NCBI GenBank assembly: GCA_964016885.1
Contig: OZ024744.1
Span: 102,424,001-102,488,000, forward strand
DNA: 64,000 nt
DNA from: Eledone cirrhosa
Taxonomy: Eukaryota
Reading direction: 5' to 3'
The notes under the pieces are model-generated. The model ran no database searches. It saw only the letters and a list, made by a program, of their open reading frames with translations, and was not told the DNA's origin. Positions 52,800 through 64,000 of this stretch are shown here, in pieces. Made by a program: the position numbers and the translations under genes. Position 1 is the first letter of the stretch. Every line of letters starts with the position of its first letter.

Positions 52800-53195
52800 T
52801 AAACATGCTCCACTGGATGTGTAATATTGGTGAACATGGACAAAAAAAGCATGGATGAGTGGAGAGAAAATATTGGGTATAAGAGGAATGAGATGTAGTA
52901 TACAGGAGAGATTTCATTAGTATGGATATGTAATGTGTATGGAAGGTGATGGCTGGATGGTAATGGGAGGTGATGGCTAGATGATAACTAGATGGTGTTA
53001 ACTGGATGAAGAAGTGCCAACAGTTTCAAGTGGAAAGTCATGGAAGACCAAGGAAAATATGGACAGAAGTGGTGAAAGTTAATCTTAGGATAACAAACTT
53101 CACAGAGGAGATGACAAAGGAATGTAACTAGTGGCAAGATGTGTTAGGTAGAGAAGACCCATATAATATATGCATAAAAAACATGTAAAAATGAT
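52800..53195 (+). mobile_element. Old RTE 3' fragment
   Basis: MLHWMCN, YGYVM and GRPRKIW remnants. Confidence 0.6.
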
Positions 53196-53559
53196 GACAC
53201 ACACACACATACACATTATATAAATACATAGTGTTAATTTTTTACACACATGCAATTAGATAATGTATATACATTTACACTGAAATATATACATAGACAG
53301 GCTCTTAGACTGTCAGAGGAGCATTGGCTGTTAAGGATTAAAAAGGGAGTGGTGGAAACAAATTGATATATTTAATATGATTAAGATATTTTTTTAAATA
53401 ATCACATGTCTACTACAATCTTATATTATAAAACTATATTTGTCTTAATAACAACAAATCTAGCAATCTATGTACAGCGGAAACTATAAAATCCTTCTAA
53501 CTATTAGCAATTATTCCAACGTATATAAGCCATTAAAATCCTACAGACAACATACATCC

Positions 53560-53752
53560 TTAACCCTTTAGCATTTACATTAATCTATATGCACTATTGT
53601 ATTTTCATGGTAAAGACTTTATCTCACATAATATTGAATCTATTAGGTTTGGATATTATTTATTTAGAGAACAATATCTTAGCTCCAGTATGAGCAGAAG
53701 GAGCTGAGAGGATTCTGGCCAGATATGGCTGGTTTAAATGTTAAAGTGTTGA
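53560..53752. mobile_element. TTAA MITE copy
   Basis: TTAACCCTTTAGCATTTAC ... GTTTAAATGTTAAAGTGTTGA. Confidence 0.65.
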
Positions 53753-54009
53753 CAAATCTTCAGAGGTAACAGTACTAACATATGCATTACTTTACACGAC
53801 AATTATCTACAAAGAACAACTTGATCACTGGATTTTACCATATATAAATTTCGTCACACCACATACCAACACTGTTTTCCTTACTTGAAGGAATGTATGA
53901 TATAGGCATAACTTATTCTACAAATGAGTCTTAAGACATAATTTCTCTCACCCCTATGTACATCTTGAGAAAACTCTATATGCATGCTTGTCATGTACAG
54001 TTACACCAG

Positions 54010-54048
<39 letters not shown>

Positions 54049-54237
54049 TCACACACACATATGCCAGCATAGTACTTGTTAAAAACGGTGGGGTTTATAC
54101 TAAAAAACAATTCTATGCAAAGATACTTCAACCCCTGAGTTTTCCTTGACCTTCCTCTTCTTGTCACTGGCCACTGCTGTATTTCATTTTACATTAATTT
54201 AAATTACTTATGATAATTTTCTTCCATATTTTCTGTA

Positions 54238-55800
54238 ATCATCATCATCATCATCATCATCATCAGGTTTAACGTCCGTGTTCCACGCTTGCATGGGTTT
54301 GGACGGGGGTTTTCCCACTTGAGGCAAGAGTGGTTGTCTTGCTCGCATAGGACTGTCTGGCGGGTTTTCTACAGTTGGATGCCCTTCCTAACACCAACCA
54401 CATTTACAGTGTGGGGCTGGGAGGTTTTTACCGTGTTGCCTACACGGCCACATTACAGCGTGGACTGTCTGGCGTGTTTTCTACAGCTGGATGCCCTTCC
54501 TAACACCAACCACATTTACAGCGTGGACTGTGTGTTTTTTGTCGTGACACCTACACGATCTCATTTGTTTCGGCCTGGATGTTGTGGGACCAACATAACT
54601 TTACATTGAAAGGGGCAGTGTGGGTGGGGTGGAGGTGGTGGGACGGGGGTGTGTTTTGATAGAGATGCCTACTGACTGTAGTAGGTTTTTACTTTGTATT
54701 TAGGTAAGGCGGGTCTTCTCTATTACTGAGTACCGCCAAAGGTCTCGGTCCAGTGACATTGTCTTGGAGAGGTGTAAGCGTGTGAGGTCGGAATTTATCA
54801 GCTCGTCCCATGTTTTTCTGGGTCTGCCTACTCCGTGGCTACCGTCTATCTTTATTGCCCTGCACTTTGTTATACAGCTGTCGTCTTTCATGCGCATCAC
54901 GTGACCGTACCAACGTAGCCTTCTCTCGAGTAAACAACATCTGATCCCTCTTATTTCTAATTTTTTCCTTAGTTCGTTTATGCTTTGCCGTTCACGTATA
55001 TTACTATTGCACATCCAGCGGAGCATGCAAGCTTCGTTCCTCTCTAGTCTGCGTATATCCTCTGCACACAATGCCCAGGTCTCACTGCCATGCAGCATTG
55101 CTGTTCGTATGCAGGCATCGTATAACCTGCCTTTCATTTTTAGGGAGAACCCTCTAGCGGCTAATAGTGGTATAAGCTCTCTGAACTTTTTCCATCCAGT
55201 TCTGACTCTAGCTACTGTACTTTCAGAGCACCATCCCCCACTGCTGATTTTGTCACCCAGATAACGGAAGCTGTCCACTATTTCTATAGAACCCTCTGCG
55301 CAGTTGAAGGAGCTAGTATTTTGTGGGCACTTGCTGCTACTTATTGCACCAGAGCACCGGCCACATGTAAAATCTATGTTCTTAGTTAGCTTACCTGTGA
55401 TCCCACTACATCTTTTATGCACCCATACTTTGCATTTGGGACATAAAATGGAGTTTCTACCTACGCCTTTCCTACACACTGAGCATGGCCATTTCCCAGA
55501 TGGGACCGCCGCCTTATTTTCTTTCCTACAAACTAGAACTTTAGTCTTAGCCAGGTTAATTTTAAGGCCTTTTGATTCTAGGCCGTGCTTCCATGTTTGG
55601 AATTTCTTCTCTAGTTCGGTCATTGATTCAGCTATGAGCGTTAGATCATCTGCGTATAGGAGTTCCCATGGGCAGCCGGTCTTGAACTCCTCTGTTATAG
55701 CCTGAAGGGCAATAATAAATAGTAGGGGGCTAAGAACAGAGCCCCGATGGACACCAACTTTTACGCTAAACTCTTCACTATATTCGTTGTTAATTCTAAT
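54238..55800 (-). mobile_element. Young 5'-truncated RTE LINE with an uninterrupted ORF remnant (54700-55800)
   Basis: The 372-aa ORF has VGVHRGSVLSPLLF, LLYADDL, a C4HC3 finger, FRYLG, RRLRWYGHV and GRPRKTW; (GAT)n tail at 54238-54264. Confidence 0.95.
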
Positions 55801-57284
55801 CATTAAACATATATCCATTAATTGTTAATTCTAATCATTAAACATATATCCATTAATTCTGTCAGTCTGTCTGTTTATCTATCTCTCTTCAGATTGCCAC
55901 TAGGATTTGTGCTTTGTTGTTATTATCCAAAGATAGATACACTGGTAAATATACATAAATAGATAGACAGAAATAGATAGCTGTTGTGATATTACTGACC
56001 ATCAACATACAAACATTGTTTGCTCTCATGTTATGGTGGATGTGTATCTTGTCAACACTGTCTGTGCAAGACAGGGAGGAAATCACATTTCTAATCCCCA
56101 GACTATTACAAAACAGCTGCCACATGATCTTGTGTTTTATTGTGGTGATATATACACACACAGATCATAATTATTATTGAACACACATTTTTGTTAAATG
56201 GATGTGTGTGTGTGTGTAAGAAGCTGCATGTTTATATGCATGCATGCCTTACAGTCTCTCTCTCTCTCTATATATACATATATACACACACACATGCACA
56301 TCTAGGTTGTATGTATGTGTGGCAAAAACAACACCCTAGATGTAGGAGCACTACTCCATTGTGGGTTTTACTTGAACTTTGTAGTGAGTCAGATGTTGAT
56401 GGGAAGCTGAAGTATTTTTTGGCTCTGAAGAGAAAGGTGTGTTAGATACAATTCTAACTATGGTTAAGATGTGTTTGCCATGAGAGATCCTTAGTGAGAG
56501 TAAGGCCTAACATTTGGAGCAAATTCAAGGATATTTATAACAACGTACTTTCCATGTTTATAGGTGGTGAGGTGCAGTGATGTTTTAGTTCCATACAGCA
56601 ATAAAATAAATCAGATTTTTCACTGAGTTGGTTTCAGTCATTTGACTGGTCTGCATTCATACTGGGTTAGTGCCTTAAAGATTTTGGTGATCATATTGGC
56701 CCCACTGCTTATTTCAATCATTATCATCACTTTTTTACATGTTTTCAACATTATATTGATCTCATTTGCCGAATTTCTATGTTATGGGATGATTAAAGCG
56801 AACTTGAGAAATAGCATATGGAAGAAACAATAAGATGAAAAGAAATATGCTAGATGACTGAAGAAGACAATCAGTAGAAACCATGCAACACTGAAGTATC
56901 AAATAAAAATACTATATATATTAGTCTTTTACCTGCTCCAGCCATCTGGATATATATATCCAGATGGCTGGAACCTCTATAATACAATTCATATTTTACT
57001 TTCCACAATAATTGTTTTGTAAAAAGTTAAATTTCATAACTTATGATGTAATTATTGTGTTTTGTTAAACTATTTCAATTCAGGATTTCAGTCTAAGAAT
57101 TACCAAGAAACCTTTCTTATTCTGAATTATTTATTACAAGGGATTCTGATCAGAGACTCATACAAATACATAAAGACAAACTTATCCTCAGAAGCAAAAA
57201 AAGATAATCCCTACAGCTATTCAATATAGTATAGTATACATACATACACAGTATACACACATATAGTATATATATGTATGTACT

Positions 57285-57364
<80 letters not shown>

Positions 57365-58619
57365 TGTGTGTATGTACAAATATATGAGTGTATGCATTTT
57401 TATGTATGTGTGTGTGTATCCATAAATATACAGATACACACACAATCTTCCATAAGCAACCATTGGAGGATATATATGAAACCAGTATTATATATATATG
57501 TATATATATATACTCTACATGTATATATATACTACATACAATATATATATATATTGTTTTGTGAGAATCTAAAGAAAGGAAAAAAGAATCAATATATCAA
57601 TAAGCCTTGGGAATAAATCACTGAAAAAGTAAATCTCCGAAATATTGGTTGTCTGTTCACTCAAAATATTTTAGGGAAATGTTTTAAATCCTGTAATGAG
57701 TGAAAGGGCAAGGTGTTACTTAAAACAGTAACTTTCTGGTGTATATCTTTATATAGAAGCTCATTACATAAGGATATTTTTTAGTACAATTATGATGACA
57801 TTTCAAATTAAGCATATTGAAGAACTAGTAAAAGAAATAAACAAACAAATCTCTGATATTAATTGCTCAGATTTTGTTGGAAAAATCTGAAAGGAATTTA
57901 CCAATGATAAAATTTCCTTTCAAGATGACAACTCCCTTATTTAATTGATTAAGTCCTCAATAACAATGATATACTGTTTAAAAAAAAAGGCATTTTTACA
58001 GCCATATTTCCAAACAGGTATTAATAGGCTTGAAGAAGGAGCCCCTTTATGGTTAACTGTATCCTTGGTATTTCATTATAAAACTATCTACACTATTCTT
58101 GAACTCAATATTAATATAGTACCACATCTTGAGGACTTGAAATATCTACCATATACAAGAAGATTCTCTTAATGACTTTAAATATCATTATTAAAATTGT
58201 TAATTACTTAATTTCTATTCGAAAATGGGTATTAACAGATTGTTAAATCCCAGTAAAAATAGTTCTAAATAATTGACTGTAATTTCATAAAAATTACTTG
58301 TGAGTAGTTGTTTTTGTTTGTAACATTTAATGTCTAACGTCCTTTGTAACGGATCATCAGTAACCACACGTCACTTACTATTTTTGTATATTCTACAATA
58401 AAAATTATGTTAATCTTTTCTTTGAGCACATCCATGTGAAGTTGGATAGATAATTAAGCCACAATAGTTATTCTACTAATTAGCTAACCAACCTCACTGC
58501 TTCCTATACTACTTTCGTAAATAATATTCCAGTTACAAAAAGTACATTTAACTTAATATTGGAAACGTAATTTCATTTATTCGATAAGACTGATTAAATT
58601 TCTGAACATGATCGAGTAT

Positions 58620-58620
<1 letters not shown>

Positions 58621-58650
<30 letters not shown>

Positions 58651-58707
58651 AAGAAGAAGAAGAAGAAGAAAAAGAAGAAGAAGAAGAAGAAAAAGAAGAA
58701 GAAGAAA
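58621..58707. repeat. (GAA)n microsatellite
   Basis: Direct inspection. Confidence 0.95.
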
Positions 58708-61615
58708 TCGGAAATAGTAATAAATGAAATTCGTTATGAGGTTATGTTTTTTTGTTGTTTTTTAAAATATTTTTTTGTTGTTGATAATGAGTAGCTTTTG
58801 CTGCCCTGTTTTAGAATACCTTTAGCATAGAGGTAGCCCACTGAATATTTCATATGACAAGTATGTGCACCATTCTACACATTTGTTATGTTTCTTTGTG
58901 TGGGTATTGTGTGACATTCAGTGGTTGCTCCTGCATATTTGTTGTACAGCTTGTTTAAGTTTACATGTTCAGTCATGAATATTTTTCTTTTTTATTTTAT
59001 TTTTTTCCCAGATTAAATAACAAATCCAGATATCTTTCTCTAAATATCCATAAATTCAAAGAATTTTGATATTGGTTAAATATTAAAAAAATCATAAAAG
59101 AAATGAATATTTTTTTTATTATCAGCAGAGTTCCAGAATAAATTCTAGAATTTTCTGTTTTATACATGTTCAGCAATTATCATGTATTAACGATATCACC
59201 TTAGAAATATAATATTCTCATTTGTGTCAGGAGCTGATCAAATACTAGTAGCAGACTTATCCAATTGGTAGAACATTGTGTTCACATAAAATCCACCATT
59301 AAAAGATCATGAATAAGAATTTTCAAATTCCACAGCTAAGTCTCCTGGAGTATTTACTATTTGATGCTGCTACCATTATCTGAACACCTCTCTCAGACTT
59401 TCAATCACTAAATATTCTCAACAAGTTATGTACTACTAGAAAAAAAAGAAAAAAAAAGATTGACCCAAACCCCTACACCAAAGCATTAAAACTAGAACAT
59501 TTGATTCACTTAAAGCAAGCATCCTCTAAAAATTGTTTATCATTTTACACCATCTCTATTGGAGTCCTCTAAAATGTTTAATTTTCTATGAAACATAAAT
59601 GAGTTTCTTGTTTCAGTTATCAAAGTATGCATCCTGCCCAGTACAAAAGCTCCCTTTTTATATATTTTATATCAAGGCTAAATAATTCTAAAGTCCTGAA
59701 CACTTTCTAATTCTATTCCAGGCTCAAATGATTTATGTCCGTTTCAATCTCAATCATTCAATCTTAACTTTAAAACTCAACCAATCATATTTCTCTCTAG
59801 CTCCCTTTCTCAACAACATAATTCTGTTCTGTGCCAATATGCATCTTATAAAAGATTAATATATATATCACATGATGTTGATCTAATCAGTTTTTTTTTC
59901 TTGCCACTCCTCGATACCAGGGAGGTCATCAAAAGCATTCTTTTCTTGCTAACTGCGAAGTTGAAGGTCAGATTTTTATGAAGAACTAACTCCCAAACTA
60001 TCTATAAGGACTCCAATCTTTTACAAAATTAGGTAAAGATCAATAAGAGATGTTTTTCATTCATGACAAATCTGCTACTCTTATTTGATCAGAAGAATCA
60101 GCTTTGATATCAAGTGCCCTCTCCCCACCATACATACATGCACATTTTACTTTCAGTAATATCTGCTGTTAGCTCATGAAATATTGTTGAAATGCTGTAA
60201 CGAATCAGATCCAATTGGAAATCATCCTATGACCTTTAAGAGGTTAGAGGGTTTTTTTCTGTTGGCATGGATGGTCAGATTAAAGAAAAATAACATAATC
60301 TGCCATTGTTTGAACTTTCTTTTTTCCTTGATTACTATAAGATATCGATGCATCAGGAAACCAGATCTTAACAAAAGATTTTTTAAAAAATTGTTTCTGT
60401 TCCTAGGAGATGAAATGGCTTAAGATCCAAATTAACAGGACCAAGCAACCATTATCTTTTGTTATTACTTCAGTGAAATACAGAAGAATTTAAGTGTTAT
60501 TCTTGCAAAAAAAAAGCATCTTTGTAGTAAGTGTTATTTTTTTTTCTTCATACAAGTTCATTTGGTTACAAGATTTGTATGATGTCCTATAGAACAGCAA
60601 CAGAAAAGAATAATTTATTTGCACAACTGTAGTTAGTTATTCTGCAAAAAATAACTGTTCTTATTTGCAATAATGTTGATTCTCATAACTAATTTCTTTT
60701 TGGTCAGTCAGTTTATTTGTAACTTTGAAGCATGTTATTTCTAGCTGAGAGAGAAAATTGCCAATTTTGAGTGTGACAAATTAATTTATATTATTTATCA
60801 GTTATAAGTAATAATGGCTATTTAACCATATATATATAAGAACCATTATTTGTGTAAAATGAGAAATGAAAGTAAAATATATTTTAATGTCATTAGCTGT
60901 TTTCAAAATATAATTAATAAGTGAAATGAATTCTCTAAATGTTTCAAAATATACTGCTGGTAATTAGAATTATCAGAGTATTCGAAATAGAAACAAGTTA
61001 GTAAAATTATTATTTCTTTCTTTTAATCTCATTTGGAATGAAAGTATTTTCAGACGATCTCAAAATTAGAATTAGTCTAGTTCAGTAACAATTTAAGTGA
61101 TGAGGCATCAATGAAATAACGTTTTCTAATTAAGTTAGTCCTTGTTCAATATAGTTTAACAAGAACCAATCAATTTCTACCAATAAGAAAAAAATACAGC
61201 TTCAGAATATTTCACTCAATGGAACTAAAACCTAAAACTGACATCAAAATGTTCAGTTCTGCATTGATATATAATAATGTAAATATCTATTTGCAGAATA
61301 ACTAGTATATATTTCCCAGGTTCATTGACAATATGCTGTTCAATTATATACATACAAACTGGCACTTTTTTTATACTCTGTAAAATTGTTATTTTATAAT
61401 TTTTACAATATAACTCATTTTTATAATTTAATTGCATCAATCTTGAAAATGCTTTTAAAATCAGCTGCTGAAGAAATAGAAAAATTTTTTAGAATAAATA
61501 AAAAAATTAGTATATAAAAATGCATTTTGTTGATCTTCTTTATAATTTCCTTTTCAACATTCCAAAGCAATATGTAGAATGGATAAAATGAAAAGAATGT
61601 TATTCTATTACTTAC

Positions 61616-61753
61616 ATTGGTGACCATAGTTAAGCCAACTATGAATGCCATAAGACATATAAATCCAATTAAAATTTCTCTGCGATAGCCACGTCTTAAA
61701 TGTTGAGGCCAACGATCAACCACAGTTGTAATAAAGCCTTCGACACCAACAAA
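61616..61753 (-). CDS. SLC6 transporter exon (end of TM8, IL4, TM9); upstream exons lie beyond the window
   Basis: TTCCAG/GTAAG-bounded, 138 bp, phase 0/0: FVGVEGFITTVVDRWPQHLRRGYRREILIGFICLMAFIVGLTMVTN, closest by recall to the GABA/taurine/creatine subgroup. Confidence 0.95.
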
Positions 61754-64000
61754 CTGGAATGAAATAATCCTACATTTTTTGAAATGAACACTTTTAAAGA
61801 CAAACTATATAAATATATTTTCACTTCATAATAGCATTGCTAACAACATCAGTAATAGAACTCAACATGATCATTATAACGTCTAATCAACATCTAAGTA
61901 AAACAACTTTTAAAACAATACAGAGAAACATTAAACAACAAAGTGAACAACAACTCTACCTCCTTACAACTCACTTTGGCCTGTCCGTAGTCCTCAAGTG
62001 ATTAGCTGCCAATTAAATCAATAAAACTGCATAGAGGAAAGAACTTCATTATTTTAGGTCAGAAATGTAATTTTTTTTATATTCCTTATAATTTAAAACA
62101 AATTAACCCCGCCACCCACACCTTTGAATCAAAGTAGTCACCCCGCCAAAAAGGAAAAAAAAATCCTTTAAAATAATCCCCAAAACATTATGACTAATGT
62201 TAAATAGAGGAAATATTTTTGCCATTTCTAAATAAATTTGAGCATATATATATAATCATACACAGTAATAAAAAGGCATATATTTTTTAAAACTATATAT
62301 ATATGTGTGTATAGCACACTTTTATCTAACAAGAAGCTGTCATAAAAAATATAAATTCTTAGCATTCATCCACTCATCCATTCATAAAATGTACAAAAAT
62401 ATACACGCATTAGTGTGAGTGTGTGTGTGACTCCACTGATGTGTAGTCAACTGAACAAAGCCATGATTGGAAATGCAATACTTGTTAAGCCTACACAAAC
62501 ATACACATGAGTACATACAATGTTGTTGCATAGAACACTTGTTTTTACACCACATAATAAATACTCTCTCTCTCATTTAGTAAAGTCAACTTAGCTAATA
62601 ATTAAACGAAAACTGATTATTATTATTATTATAATTCTTTTGTTATTTGGTTGTGTATATCGGAGTTGTTTTGTCACACTTTTACCAGAAGCTGACTAAT
62701 TTCTGTTAACCAAAACATTTCTATATGTTATCTTTCTCAGAAGAGAAAGCAAACAGCTGAAACATTTCAACTTCTAGAAAATCAATTCAATGAACATTTA
62801 CGGATCAATTTTTGCCAAACACTACACTCAGTACCTTCTGTAAAGTGGTTAGTGATGAGAAGGGCGTAAAGCCAAACAAAGGTTTCAGAGAACTCTTTAG
62901 TTATGTCAAAGACATGACAAACATCCCTAGTGTTGCTGCCATGATAAAATGTACTCAGTGTACTCTGATGAGTGTAGGAACTTACGCAAACAACATGTGA
63001 GGCTGCACAGCGCCTGAAAAGTCAGTAGCTTCAATTGGATACTGACACAGTCTGTGATGACCTGTCCAACTCCTTGGTAGCAGGGAGAACGGATGTTAAA
63101 TGATAATGATTCAGACCCCAACCACCAGTTCGCTCATATTCTATATTTTACTATAATCTTTTGGTAGGTAGCCTTAAGAGATTAATCAGCAGATGAGAAG
63201 ACTGTGACAAAATACTGATGTCAGAAACCAAATAAAAAAAAACCCCTAAATAAAACAACAATAAAAATAACAATCAGTAAGTTTAATTAAATAATATATT
63301 TCAAAACTAAAATCTATATCAAATGATGTCAAATATTCTCACACATACTATTTTGTTCTTTTAATAATAATAATAAATATTGTTATTAATGGTGCCTGTT
63401 TATTTTAAAGTTTTACTGATGTTGTTGGCTTATCAAAACAAGTTTTGAGAAGCCAACAACACCAGCAAAATATCTAAGTAAACTGTCACCATAAATAACA
63501 ATATTTTGACTCTGTGTACAAGTTATTTATTTAGTGCTCGTTGTGTGTGTTTATAATACAAACTCATAAAACAAGCACACACACACACATACATATGGAT
63601 ACCAACCATACATATATATATATATATATAATGTATAATATATATATATTTTTGTAGGTGTACTATTCATGTTTTTGCAAAATTTTACTGGCTGGATGCC
63701 CTTTTTATTGCTAACAATTTTACAGTGTGGATTGTATGTATTTTATCATGCCACCCGCACTATAGAGTATCTGTCAAGACTATAGAGTCCCCTACTTTCC
63801 ATCCATTTAGAGTAAATATCACCACCAGCCACCCAGTTCAACGACTCCAGCATTGAGAAGTAGATGTAAAAAACAATAAGGACATATCTACTTCTTTATT
63901 GATGATACAAATGCTCTAATGAATATATTAATTCTCTGAATGTAAGAATGTGTGTGTGCGCGCACAAACAAACAAATGTTCAAACATACAGGAAATTTAT

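Noticed and set aside
54700-55818. 372-aa ORF as a domesticated or host gene
   Set aside because: It starts in the middle of the RT domain and its ATG comes from flanking DNA. It retains a LINE 3' UTR and (GAT)n tail, so a recent truncated insertion is the simplest explanation.

Overview
AT-rich, repeat-dense eukaryotic DNA, probably an octopod cephalopod (inferred from the SINE and RTE-tail motifs and the abundant (TA)n/(CA)n). The only host gene I can support is the 3' part of an SLC6 Na+/Cl- neurotransmitter-transporter gene on the minus strand. It has five GT-AG exons (61753-61616, 32933-32834, 30461-30361, 28890-28711, 26422-26204) that splice in frame, with a 28.7-kb intron between the first two. 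The rest is decayed RTE LINEs, Vingi-like and CRE-like LINEs, SINEs, Helitron, piggyBac-type and Tc1 remnants, and tandem repeats. The main observation is a >7.4-kb array of 55-bp double-hairpin units (1-7466). It derives from 55 bp of an RTE LINE reading frame. A duplicated locus at 15.8-18.2 kb keeps a 10-unit version inside the LINE, including ancestral, less palindromic monomers. Together they record the birth of a satellite and its drift toward palindromy. Repeat boundaries were placed by eye and are approximate; exon boundaries were checked base by base.
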